From Clostridiales bacterium (GTDB taxonomy: Bacteria; Bacillota; Clostridia; Oscillospirales; Oscillospiraceae), in contig JAJBVG010000083.1 of the NCBI GenBank assembly GCA_020859945.1, positions 21,659-85,658 on the forward strand: a stretch of 64,000 nt of DNA. Direction: 5' to 3'. The translations under genes were made by a program, and so were the position numbers. This document shows positions 12,013 to 20,971 of the stretch, piece after piece. Position 1 is the first letter of the stretch. Each line of letters opens with the position of its first letter. A model generated the notes under the pieces. The model saw only the letters and a list, made by a program, of their open reading frames with translations, had not been told where the DNA came from and did not search any database.

Positions 12013-15000
12013 TTATTCTTCATCGTCATCCATGCCATCGCTGAGGCCGTCAGCGTCGTCGGTGATAAAATCGCCCTCTTCAAACTCCACGTCGGAGGTC
12101 ACGCTGCCGTCGGTCTCCATCTTGCCAGTGGTGAAGCCGTGGCTGGCGTACTCGCTGTCGCCGCCGCCAGCGTTGGAGTTGGGATAAGGTGCGAAGTCGT
12201 CGTCGTCAAAGCGGCGGCCAGGCTGGATGACATCATCATCGTCATCGTCTTTCAGTTCCACTTCGTTGCCGTCCTTGTCCAGCACGCGAACGTCCAGACA
12301 CAGGGCCTGCAACTCTTTCATCAGCACCTTGAAGGACTCCGGCACACCGGGCTTGGGTACGTTGTGGCCCTTGACGATGGCCTCGTAGGTGCGGACACGG
12401 CCGGTCACGTCGTCGGACTTGACGGTCAGCATCTCCTGGAGGCAGTAGGCTGCGCCGTAGGCTTCCAGCGCCCAAACCTCCATCTCGCCGAAGCGCTGGC
12501 CGCCGAATTGGGCCTTGCCGCCCAGAGGCTGCTGGGTGACCATGCCGTAAGGCCCGGTGGAACGGGCGTGGATCTTGTCGTCTACCAGGTGGTGGAGTTT
12601 GAGGAAGTACACATAGCCCACGGTGACGGGGTTGTCGAACCGCTGGCCGGTGCGCCCGTCGTACAGCCAGCTCTTGCCGTTTTCGTTCAGACCGGCCTGT
12701 TTCAGCAGGTCCTGAATGTCTTTCTCGGTGGCGCCGTTGAAGATGGGGGTGGCCACCTTCCAGCCCAGGGCTTTGGCGGCGTAGCCCAGATGGACCTCCA
12801 GCACCTGACCGATGTTCATACGGGAGGGCACGCCCAGGGGGTTCAGCACGATGTCCAGGGGGGTGCCATCGGGCAGGAAGGGCATATCCTCCACAGGCAT
12901 GATGCGGGAGACCACGCCCTTGTTGCCGTGACGACCGGCCATTTTGTCGCCCACGGAGATCTTCCGCTTCTGGGCGATGTAGACCCGGACGCACTCGTTG
13001 ACGCCGGGGCCAAGCTCGTCGCCGTTCTCGCGGGTGAACACCTTCACGTCGATGACGGTGCCGTACTCGCCGTGGGGGACTTTCAGGGAGATGTCCCGGA
13101 CCTCACGGGCCTTCTCACCGAAGATGGCCCGCAGCAGCCGCTCCTCGGCGGTCAGGTCGGTCTCGCCCTTGGGAGTGACCTTGCCCACCAGGATGTCGCC
13201 GGCACGGACCTCCGCGCCCACGCGGATGATGCCCCGCTCGTCCAGGTCTTTCAAGGCGTCCTCGCCCACGTTGGGGATATCGCGGGTGATCTCTTCGGGG
13301 CCGAGCTTGGTGTCCCGGGCCTCCAGGTCGTGTTCCTCGATGTGGATGGAGGTGAACACGTCCTCCTTCACCATCCGCTCGCTGAGCAGGACGGCGTCCT
13401 CGTAGTTGTAGCCCTCCCAGGTCATGAAGCCCATGAGGATATTCCGGCCCAGGGCGATCTCACCGTTGCAGGTGGAGGGGCCGTCGGCCAGAGTCTCGCG
13501 CTTTTTCACCCGCTGGCCCACGTCCACGATGGGGCGCTGGTTGATGCAGGTGGTGTGGTTGGAGCGGAGGAACTTGGTCAGCTTGTAGGTTTTCACGTCG
13601 CCCCGGTCATACCGGACGGTGATGGCGGTGGCGTCCACCCGCTCGATGACGCCGTCGTCCTCGGCCAGCACGCAGACCTCCGCGTCCTGGCAGTTTTTGT
13701 ACTCCTGACCGGTGGCCACGATGGGGGCCTCGGTGACCAGCAGCGGCACAGCCTGCCGCTGCATGTTGGCGCCCATCAGGGCGCGGTTGGCGTCGTCGTT
13801 CTCCAGGAAGGGGATCATGGCAGTGGCCACGGAGACCATCATCTGGGGAGACACGTCCATATAGTCCACCCGCTCCCGATCCACATCGACGATCTCGTTC
13901 TGGTGGCGGCAGGTGATACGCTTGTTGGCCAGACAGCCGTTCTCGTCCACCGGCTCGGTGGCGGGGCAGACGATGAACTCGTCCTCGATGTCGGCGGTCA
14001 TATAGGTGACTTCGTCGGTGATGAAGCCGGTCTCTTTGTCGATGCGGCGATAGGGGGCCTCGATGAAGCCGTATTTGTTCACCCGGGCGTAGGAGGCCAG
14101 GTAGGAGATCAGGCCGATGTTGGGACCTTCGGGGGTCTCGATGGGGCACAGACGACCGTAATGGCTGTAGTGAACGTCACGCACGTCGAATCCGGCCCGC
14201 TCACGGGACAGACCGCCGGGGCCAAGGGCGGAGATACGGCGCTTGTGGGTCAGCTCGGCCAGAGGGTTGGTCTGGTCCATGAACTGGCTCAGAGGGGAGG
14301 AACCGAAGAACTCCTTGATGGCGGCAGTGACGGGACGAATGTTGATGAGGGACTGGGGAGTGACGATGTCCAGGTCCTGGATGGTCATACGTTCCCGGAT
14401 GACCCGCTCCATGCGGCTGAAGCCGATGCGGAACTGGTTCTGGAGCAGCTCACCCACGCAGCGCAGGCGGCGGTTGCCCAGGTGGTCGATGTCGTCCTTG
14501 GTGCCGACGCCGTGGGCCAGGCAGTTCAGGTAGTTGACGGAGGCCAGCATATCGTCCACGATGATGTGCTTGGGAATCAGTTCCTCGATGTGGTCCTTGA
14601 GCTGCTTTTTCAGCTCGTCGCCAGAGTAGGTCTCGTACAGCTCTTTAAAGACGCTGAACCGGACGGGGACGCTGATGCCGATTTCCTCCGGGTCGAAGTC
14701 CACATAGCCGCTGATGTCGATCATGGAGTTGGCAAAGACCTTGACCGCCTTGCGGTCCTCCGCCCTGTCGCCCACCATGATTACGACCTCGTTGACGCCC
14801 CGGTTGGCCATCTCGCGGGCGCGCTCCCGGGTCAGCACCTCGCCGGGCATGGCGATGATCTCGCCGGTCCAGGGGTCCACCACCGGCTGGGCGATCTCCC
14901 GGTCAGCGATGCGGCGGGCGATGTCCATCTTCTTGTTGAACTTATAGCGGCCCACGTCGGACAGGTCGTAGCGCCGGGAGTCGAAGAACATGGACTGAAT

Positions 15001-15759
15001 GAGGCTCTCGCAGGAGTCCACCGTGGGAGGCTCGCCGGGGCGGAGCTTGCGGTAGATCTCCAGCATGGCGTCCTCGTAGGTCTTGCAGGTGTCCTTCTCC
15101 AGAGTGGAGACGATGCGCTCGTCCTCGCCAAAGACCTCCAGAATTTCGGCGTCGGTTTTCAGGCCGATGGCCCGCAGCAGGCAGGTGACGGGGATCTTGC
15201 GGTTTTTGTCGATGCGGACGTAAAAGGTGTCGTTCACGTCGGTCTCATACTCCAGCCATGCGCCCCGGTAGGGGATGACGGTGGTGGAATAGATGACGTT
15301 GCCCGCCTTGTCCATGTCCCGGCCATAGTACATGCCGGGGGAACGGGTGATCTGGGAGACGATGACGCGCTCCGCGCCGTTGATGACGAAGGTGGCGCCC
15401 TCGGTCATCAGCGGGAAGTCGCCCATAAAAATTTCCTGCTCTTTGATCTCGTCGGTCTCTCGGTTGCGCAGACGGACATGGACCTTGATGGGGGCGGCAT
15501 AGGTGGCGTCCCGGGCCTTGCACTCCTCCACGTTGTACTTGGGCGGTTCGTTCATGGTGTAGTCCACGAAGGTCAGCTCCAGATTGCCCTGGTAGTCGGT
15601 GATGGCGCCAACGTCCTTAAAAACCTCCCGCAGACCGGTTTCCAGGAACCATTTGTAGCTTTTCTTCTGGATGTCCAGCAGGCTGGGCATGTCGATGATG
15701 GTCCGTTTCCGTTCGAAGCTCCTTCTCAGGGTGTTGCCGAAGTAGACTTCTTTGATCAT
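12013..15759 (-). CDS. rpoB: DNA-directed RNA polymerase subunit beta
   Basis: Start set at the internal ATG ([15 protein letters not shown]...), since the 49 codons upstream in the track ORF run into a repeat element. Conserved RpoB blocks run throughout, for example [10 protein letters not shown]. There is an acidic C-terminal tail. Confidence 0.97.
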   Translation of the reverse strand: MIKEVYFGNTLRRSFERKRTIIDMPSLLDIQKKSYKWFLETGLREVFKDVGAITDYQGNLELTFVDYTMNEPPKYNVEECKARDATYAAPIKVHVRLRNRETDEIKEQEIFMGDFPLMTEGATFVINGAERVIVSQITRSPGMYYGRDMDKAGNVIYSTTVIPYRGAWLEYETDVNDTFYVRIDKNRKIPVTCLLRAIGLKTDAEILEVFGEDERIVSTLEKDTCKTYEDAMLEIYRKLRPGEPPTVDSCESLIQSMFFDSRRYDLSDVGRYKFNKKMDIARRIADREIAQPVVDPWTGEIIAMPGEVLTRERAREMANRGVNEVVIMVGDRAEDRKAVKVFANSMIDISGYVDFDPEEIGISVPVRFSVFKELYETYSGDELKKQLKDHIEELIPKHIIVDDMLASVNYLNCLAHGVGTKDDIDHLGNRRLRCVGELLQNQFRIGFSRMERVIRERMTIQDLDIVTPQSLINIRPVTAAIKEFFGSSPLSQFMDQTNPLAELTHKRRISALGPGGLSRERAGFDVRDVHYSHYGRLCPIETPEGPNIGLISYLASYARVNKYGFIEAPYRRIDKETGFITDEVTYMTADIEDEFIVCPATEPVDENGCLANKRITCRHQNEIVDVDRERVDYMDVSPQMMVSVATAMIPFLENDDANRALMGANMQRQAVPLLVTEAPIVATGQEYKNCQDAEVCVLAEDDGVIERVDATAITVRYDRGDVKTYKLTKFLRSNHTTCINQRPIVDVGQRVKKRETLADGPSTCNGEIALGRNILMGFMTWEGYNYEDAVLLSERMVKEDVFTSIHIEEHDLEARDTKLGPEEITRDIPNVGEDALKDLDERGIIRVGAEVRAGDILVGKVTPKGETDLTAEERLLRAIFGEKAREVRDISLKVPHGEYGTVIDVKVFTRENGDELGPGVNECVRVYIAQKRKISVGDKMAGRHGNKGVVSRIMPVEDMPFLPDGTPLDIVLNPLGVPSRMNIGQVLEVHLGYAAKALGWKVATPIFNGATEKDIQDLLKQAGLNENGKSWLYDGRTGQRFDNPVTVGYVYFLKLHHLVDDKIHARSTGPYGMVTQQPLGGKAQFGGQRFGEMEVWALEAYGAAYCLQEMLTVKSDDVTGRVRTYEAIVKGHNVPKPGVPESFKVLMKELQALCLDVRVLDKDGNEVELKDDDDDDVIQPGRRFDDDDFAPYPNSNAGGGDSEYASHGFTTGKMETDGSVTSDVEFEEGDFITDDADGLSDGMDDDEE

Positions 15760-15788
15760 AGATGAATCACACTCCGATTTCCGTAGAT

Positions 15789-15952
15789 TAGGAATCTCTG
15801 ATGAAATAACTCCCGGCGTCTGGACGGCACATTTCGTGCAACTCTTCGTTGTAAAATCTTGAAATACACAAAGTATTCCTGCGATTTTACGCCTCGATTT
15901 GCGCAAAATCTGCTCGCCCAGCCATCCAGGGTCATTTGCTCAGAGCTTCCTT
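15789..15952 (-). mobile_element. MITE-like 164 bp element, copy 1, with its sense strand on the minus strand, inside the rpoB leader
   Basis: Its reverse complement aligns without gaps to 53047-53210 at 155/164 identities; the central 127 nt have 1 mismatch. The terminal inverted repeats match at about 15/19. Confidence 0.7.
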
Positions 15953-16147
15953 TACCGTCCGCTCCCCAGGCGGGACGGCGGGTGAAATTGGTCAAACTCC
16001 ACAAAACACCGGCTTGCGCGCCTGTTTGACACGCCCGGCAACGTTGAAAAAGATATTGCTTGCCCTCTTGCTCTTTTTCCCGAAACGTGGTATCCTTTCT
16101 TTGTAAGGTAAAAGGAAAGGTGCCGCGTTCAACTTGTAAAGCACTTC

Positions 16148-16176
16148 ATCGTACCATGTTCCGGCGAAAATGTCAA
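16148..16176 (-). promoter_or_regulatory. Predicted SigA promoter of rpoBC
   Basis: On the minus strand: TTGACA, a 17 nt spacer, then TGgTACGAT (extended -10). This implies a 5' UTR of about 380 nt that contains the MITE-like element. Confidence 0.6.
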
Positions 16177-16217
16177 TCCTTTTTCCTATAATAATTCTAT
16201 CTAATTTGTAACTGGGT

Positions 16218-16245
16218 AACAGAAGGGACTTCTTCTGTTTTTTCT
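16218..16245 (+). terminator. Plus-strand intrinsic terminator with no annotated upstream gene
   Basis: Stem AACAGAAG/CTTCTGTT followed by TTTTTT on the plus strand only. Confidence 0.5.
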
Positions 16246-16351
16246 TTTGCCCACGGCGGGCCGCTGCGAAAATTAACAAATTATTCACCTTTCAGAGACA
16301 AGTGGCGCTTATGATACAGTTGATGACTATTTACAGAGGTGTACAGCAAAC

Positions 16352-16948
16352 ATGAACGACGCACGACCCCAAAAGCCTCTGGACCGGCGCCAGAGAAAGA
16401 CCCGTCAGGCCATCCAGAACGCTCTGCTGACCCTGATGCGGGAAAAATCGATGGACAAGATCACGGTCAGCGAGCTGGCCGCCACCGCGGATGTCAACCG
16501 CAAGACCTTCTATAACCACTACTCTAACATCCAGGAGGTCCGGGACGAGCTGGACCAGGAGTATATCGATCGGATTTTTTCTCTCTTGAAAACCGCCCAC
16601 GAAATGGAGCAGTCGCCCGCCCCGGACGTGATGATCGAGTCACTGGTCAACGGTCTAACGGAGAATCCCACCCGGACCAGGCTGCTGTTTGAGTCGGGGG
16701 AGCACCTCTACCTGATTGAACGGCTCAAGGAGCTGACCACGCCCTATCTGGAACAGCGGGCCACCACCCCTCAGCGGGCGGCCAGCCTCCCCTACGTGCT
16801 GGATTACGTCACCTACGGCATGATGGCGCTGCTCAACACCTGGATTCATGCAGAAAATCCCCTTTCGCCCCAGGAGATGAGCCGCCTGCTCACGATGCTG
16901 CTCCAGTCCAACGCCTCCGCCGACACCGTCGGCTCTCAGGAGGACTGA
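16352..16948 (+). CDS. TetR/AcrR family transcriptional regulator
   Basis: N-terminal HTH region: RKTRQAIQNALLTLMREKSMDKITVSELAATADVNRKTFYNHY. Confidence 0.85.
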   Translation: MNDARPQKPLDRRQRKTRQAIQNALLTLMREKSMDKITVSELAATADVNRKTFYNHYSNIQEVRDELDQEYIDRIFSLLKTAHEMEQSPAPDVMIESLVNGLTENPTRTRLLFESGEHLYLIERLKELTTPYLEQRATTPQRAASLPYVLDYVTYGMMALLNTWIHAENPLSPQEMSRLLTMLLQSNASADTVGSQED

Positions 16949-16950
16949 CC

Positions 16951-17796
16951 ATGCCGCAGGCGAAAAACAGCGTTGTCCTCTACCACTACACTGATTTTCA
17001 GGCCCTAGACGGCATCCTCCGCAACGCGGAGCTGCGGGTGAACAACATCCTGAACATGAACGATGCCTCGGAAATGCGGCTGTTCATGCGGGGACTGGCC
17101 AAAGCGGTCTGCGCCCGGCTGGATGGGGAGGGGAGCGGCGACCTGGCTCAGGCCACCCGGCAGCTCTTTGAACAGGAACTGAAAAAGGAGTTCGCTTACT
17201 CCGCCTACGCCGCCTGTTTTTCCCGCTACCGGGACGACGCCGCCCAGTGGGAGCGCTACGGCAACCGGGGCAAGGGGGTCTGCATCGCCTTTTACGGCGA
17301 CAAGCTCCAGCGGCTGACGGTGGGAGCGCTGTCCCTCCAGACCGTCTTTTACCAGGACGACATGACGGAGCACCCGCTGGTGGAGGTCTTTTACCGGCTG
17401 GCCCGGACAGTCACCCCTCTGGAGGGGGACCAGCCCCAGGTGCAGGACGCGCTCCACGCGGCGTGGGTCTGCTCTGCCGCCTTCAAACACCCCTCCTTCG
17501 CCTGCGAGAACGAGGTGCGGCTGGTGGTCTCCCCCTTCGAGCAGGAGTATTTCAACGTCCAGCCAGGGTATCACATCTCCCCGGACCGCATCAAGAAGTA
17601 TTATCCCCTGCGGCTGGACCGGATGTGTCAGCGGGCGGGGCTGACGCTGGAGGATCTGATCGCCGAAATCATCATTGGCCCGGAGTCCACCCAGTCTCTG
17701 CCCATTTTGCAGGATTACCTGCGGGACCACGGCCTGCGCCGCCTGGCTGAAAAGCTCTCCCTGTCCGCCTGTCCGCTGCGGCGGAGCTTTCCGTAA
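16951..17796 (+). CDS. DUF2971-family protein
   Basis: N-terminal LYHYTDFQALDGILRNAELRVNNILNMNDASEM matches the DUF2971 signature as I remember it. The start is 3 nt after the TetR stop, consistent with an operon. Confidence 0.6.
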   Translation: MPQAKNSVVLYHYTDFQALDGILRNAELRVNNILNMNDASEMRLFMRGLAKAVCARLDGEGSGDLAQATRQLFEQELKKEFAYSAYAACFSRYRDDAAQWERYGNRGKGVCIAFYGDKLQRLTVGALSLQTVFYQDDMTEHPLVEVFYRLARTVTPLEGDQPQVQDALHAAWVCSAAFKHPSFACENEVRLVVSPFEQEYFNVQPGYHISPDRIKKYYPLRLDRMCQRAGLTLEDLIAEIIIGPESTQSLPILQDYLRDHGLRRLAEKLSLSACPLRRSFP

Positions 17797-17911
17797 TGCA
17801 GATTGCCATTTTTGCAATATGGTAAATCGCAGCAAAAATCATCAAATAAGAAGAAAGGAAAAATGACCATGAAAAAAGTGAAGATTCATCCTGAACGGAT
17901 GAAATCAGTCC

Positions 17912-17919
17912 GGGGGGGG
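17912..17919 (+). repeat. Homopolymeric G8 tract
   Basis: The sequence is cGGGGGGGGa. It separates a short RBS-led ORF (ATG 17863, stop 17932) from the long membrane-protein frame, which is open from 17895. Confidence 0.95.
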
Positions 17920-18110
17920 ATTCTAAAACGTTAACCCCGGAGGCCAGCGCGTCTAAGCCAACCAGACAGACAGAAAATCCGCTGTACCGATTTGCACAGC
18001 ATAAGGCAGTAAAACCGGCAGTCTATCTGCTGTGGCTGGGGTTCTGGTTTGTTTTTTACTATAAACAATGCGTAATTAACGACAGTGGGGATTACTATCT
18101 TCATAATTTA

Positions 18111-19163
18111 ATGGCGGAACTGATGAAAACAGGGGAGCAAAGCATATTTTACCCACTGTATCACTATGTTGTGATTGCTATAAGCATGGTTTTCTCAGTT
18201 ACGACACAGTTCGCAGGGGCAGTCGTCCTGGGTGTTGCACAGCTTGCCACGTTGATTGTGACGGAGAAACTCATCATCTGCATTGTTTACAAAAATACCA
18301 AAGCACCTGGCAAGCGTGAATCGTTTCTGTGTATGCTTCTGGCGATTCTTGTAAATATCGTTCAGCCGATTTTTACCTACTCGATTCGCCCCGGGTACTC
18401 ATCTGGCAACGGATACGTCTCCCCCACACAGGCATTTGTGAAGCCCTTCATTATCATTGTGTGTTTACTGACCTATCAGTATATTTGCGGAGAGAAGACG
18501 CTGAAAAAGCAGGTTGGTATAACTGTAGTTTTGTTCTTCAGCTGCCTTGCGAAACCGGTTTTTGCCATGGCGTTTATTCCGGCCATGGGCATTTATTATC
18601 TTGCTGAACGAATCAGAGAACTGGATTTCTTTCATCACGTAGAAACATTTGGTGCGCTTGTTGTAAATGCGCTCAAAGACATTTGGCCACTGATCATTGA
18701 TGGTGTCGTTATCCTTATTCAATATGCGTCCAGCAGAAATGTGACATATCAGTCAGACCTATTGTCCGGTTTTAATGGCTCAAGTTCTATCGCCGTCGGC
18801 TGGATGAAGGCATGGAGCCTGTGCGTGAGCAATGTGTGGGTCAGCATATTGTTTGCCTATTTTGCACCGCTCGTTTTCCTTCTGGTCAACCGGAAGAAGC
18901 TGCAATATACTACCTTCTGGAAGATGACCGGCATCTATGCGCTGGTTTCTTTTCTGTACATATCCTGCTTGTATCAGACAGGAAGTAAAATAGGGGATTT
19001 AAATTTCAGAAACTGCTGGATCATTGTGTTCAACCTTGTTTACACCGGTTGCTTTTCAGAAATGATAAAAATGGACAAGGATAAAAAAACATGGGCGACC
19101 ATTGCGCTATTCGGCATCCATCTTTTGTTCGGCCTCGCTCTTATTGCAAAGGATATGCTGTGA
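18111..19163 (+). CDS. Polytopic membrane protein of unknown function. The frame is open upstream to 17895, so this is likely the distal part of a frameshifted or phase-variable gene.
   Basis: 350 aa with about 9-10 hydrophobic segments. GC is about 40% against >60% in the flanks. The in-frame upstream extension encodes another TM helix (AVYLLWLGFWFVFYY) but has no start codon. Confidence 0.6.
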   Translation: MAELMKTGEQSIFYPLYHYVVIAISMVFSVTTQFAGAVVLGVAQLATLIVTEKLIICIVYKNTKAPGKRESFLCMLLAILVNIVQPIFTYSIRPGYSSGNGYVSPTQAFVKPFIIIVCLLTYQYICGEKTLKKQVGITVVLFFSCLAKPVFAMAFIPAMGIYYLAERIRELDFFHHVETFGALVVNALKDIWPLIIDGVVILIQYASSRNVTYQSDLLSGFNGSSSIAVGWMKAWSLCVSNVWVSILFAYFAPLVFLLVNRKKLQYTTFWKMTGIYALVSFLYISCLYQTGSKIGDLNFRNCWIIVFNLVYTGCFSEMIKMDKDKKTWATIALFGIHLLFGLALIAKDML

Positions 19164-19283
19164 CATAAGTGCGGCGGTGAGAAAGGGGTGGATTGTTGCC
19201 TTTGTCTTTTTGGCAACGGTTTCGTACCGAATCGTCGAGAGGGTTTTATTTGAGAAAATATGCTAAACAAAGGAGGAACCGCC

Positions 19284-20066
19284 ATGCCCATAGACCTGCC
19301 CGCACCCCCGCCGGAGGCCGGGGCCTGCTCCTTCCGGCTGATTTGCTTCAATTTGGGCAAGGAGGACGCCTTTCTCATCACCACCCCCCACAGCGCTGTG
19401 CTCATCGACACCGGCTCCCGGGAAAACGGCAAGGAGCTGGCCAAGGCGCTGCTGGAGCTGGGGGTGGAGCGGCTGAACTGTCTGCTGCTGACCCATTTCG
19501 ACGCGGACCACGTGGGCGGCGTCCATCAAATTCTCAAGCGGCTGACCGTGGAGCAGGTGCTGGAAAGCCCCCTGTGCAGCCACAACAAGGACAGCCAGCA
19601 GCACCGCCTGGTGCTGAAAAAACACGGCGTTTCCCCCGACAAAGTGCGCTCCGCCGAGCAAATGCAGCTGGACGGGGTCAGTTACACCCTGCTGCCGCCT
19701 GGGAAGAAGCACTACGCCCAGGACGAGCGCAACAACGCCTCGCTGCTCATCCACGTCCGCCACGGCGGAAATACCTTCCTTTTCACCGGTGATGCGCGGG
19801 AGGCCCGCATCACCGAGTACCTGGACGGCGAGCCGGAGCGCTGCGACTGGCTGAAAATCCCCCACCACGGCCACTACCAGCGGACGCTGCCCCGGCTGCT
19901 GCACACGCTGACGCCCCGGTATGCCGTTATCACCAGCAGCGACGAACGACCGGAGGACCTGCGCACCGTAGACGCTCTGCGCCAGACAGGGTGCCAAATT
20001 GCCCTGACCCGCCAGGGGACGGTGGTCTACTACAGCGACGGGGAGGAAATTTTCACCGCCCAGTGA
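19284..20066 (+). CDS. MBL-fold metallo-hydrolase (ComEC C-terminal-domain-like)
   Basis: ATG at 19284 preceded by AAAGGAGGA. Motifs LLLTHFDADHVGG and IPHHGH. Confidence 0.75.
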   Translation: MPIDLPAPPPEAGACSFRLICFNLGKEDAFLITTPHSAVLIDTGSRENGKELAKALLELGVERLNCLLLTHFDADHVGGVHQILKRLTVEQVLESPLCSHNKDSQQHRLVLKKHGVSPDKVRSAEQMQLDGVSYTLLPPGKKHYAQDERNNASLLIHVRHGGNTFLFTGDAREARITEYLDGEPERCDWLKIPHHGHYQRTLPRLLHTLTPRYAVITSSDERPEDLRTVDALRQTGCQIALTRQGTVVYYSDGEEIFTAQ

Positions 20067-20106
20067 GCGTTCCCCATTTTACCGTTACATTTTGATAAAA
20101 GAAAGT

Positions 20107-20138
20107 CCGCCGCAGATGGAAACTCTGCGGCGGTTTTC
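20107..20138 (+). terminator. Intrinsic terminator
   Basis: Stem CCGCCGCAG/CTGCGGCGG followed by TTTTCTC. Confidence 0.65.
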
Positions 20139-20156
20139 TCTGTGAAAATCAGGCCA

Positions 20157-20699
20157 TTAGGGACGTTTCAGGACATTTTTCAGCGGCTGCCACACCAGGA
20201 AGGTCAGCAGGGACCCCAGCAGCGAGGTGATGAGCTGGGTGACGGAGAAGGTGGTCTTGGCGACGGTCAGCGCCGCTTCCGGCAGACCGGAGGAAGGCCC
20301 CAGCAGCTGCAACACCAGCAGCACGATGGTGACAGCCATAAAAGCGGCCTTCACCACGGAGCCGACGGCCATGCCCAATATCAGGTTGACGTTGGTTTCC
20401 TTCTTCCGCACAAACAACCAGGTACACAGCACCAGCAGGAAGTTGCCGCCCATGATGCAGAAGGGGATTACCGGCATGGCGCTCATAACGGGGCTGCCGG
20501 TGATGAGCCAGGAGGTGATGGGGGTGATGAGGGACAGGGCGGTGGCGCTGGCCAGTCCGCAGGACAGGACCGCGATGAGCAGGACGCAGTTGACAATGGG
20601 GCCGGTGATGTACACCGAGGTGTTTTTGAAAAACTGACTGATGACGGCCAGGGCCAGCAGCAGAGCGGTCCGGCACAGGATACGGGTTCTCTCGTTCAT
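20157..20699 (-). CDS. ECF-transporter S-component-like small membrane protein, substrate unknown
   Basis: 180 aa with about 5-6 TM segments. Size and topology fit ECF S components. No adjacent ecfA/ecfT genes. Confidence 0.45.
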   Translation of the reverse strand: MNERTRILCRTALLLALAVISQFFKNTSVYITGPIVNCVLLIAVLSCGLASATALSLITPITSWLITGSPVMSAMPVIPFCIMGGNFLLVLCTWLFVRKKETNVNLILGMAVGSVVKAAFMAVTIVLLVLQLLGPSSGLPEAALTVAKTTFSVTQLITSLLGSLLTFLVWQPLKNVLKRP

Positions 20700-20971
20700 T
20701 TTTCTCTCTCCTTTTTACGAGCTTCGCCCATTATACCACGGAATCGGGGATGATTCCATGCCATTCCGCCGAAAAACGCCACAGGCGGACAGCTCTTTTT
20801 GTCCATCCCTCCAAATCTCCAGCAAAAAATTCTTCGACATTCGGAAAACAAACAAAAAACACATTGTATTTTTTATATCTTTGTGCTATGATGGTAGCCG
20901 TGAGACAGGCGTGCGATGACCCTCCCTGCGGCGGGCCAAAAAGGAACGTCAAAAGGAGATGCTTTATTAAG

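Noticed and set aside
15756-16004. 82 aa minus-strand ORF upstream of rpoB, and the 49-codon N-terminal extension of rpoB in the ORF track (to 15906).
   Set aside because: Both run through the 164 bp repeat element. The conserved RpoB N-terminus begins at MIKEVYFG (ATG 15759), so the extension has no RpoB counterpart.
16352-20066. The TetR, DUF2971, AT-rich membrane-protein and MBL-hydrolase genes as a defence island or novel defence system.
   Set aside because: I recognised no nuclease, ATPase, methyltransferase, toxin or other hallmark defence domains. The genes have separate signals and heterogeneous composition. The evidence is insufficient beyond the individual observations reported above.
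20700-20971. A riboswitch upstream of the ECF S-component-like gene.
   Set aside because: A TATAAT box lies only about 30 nt upstream of the start codon on the minus strand, leaving no room for an aptamer. Nothing recognisable lies in the remaining spacer.
20750-20971. N-terminal extensions offered by the ORF track for pfkA (from 20750), the tauE-like gene (to 23218), bioY (to 31063), asnS (to 53015) and the DUF2798 gene (from 58125).
   Set aside because: In each case the conserved family N-terminus begins at an internal ATG preceded by a Shine-Dalgarno sequence. The extensions cross promoters, terminators or intergenic repeats.
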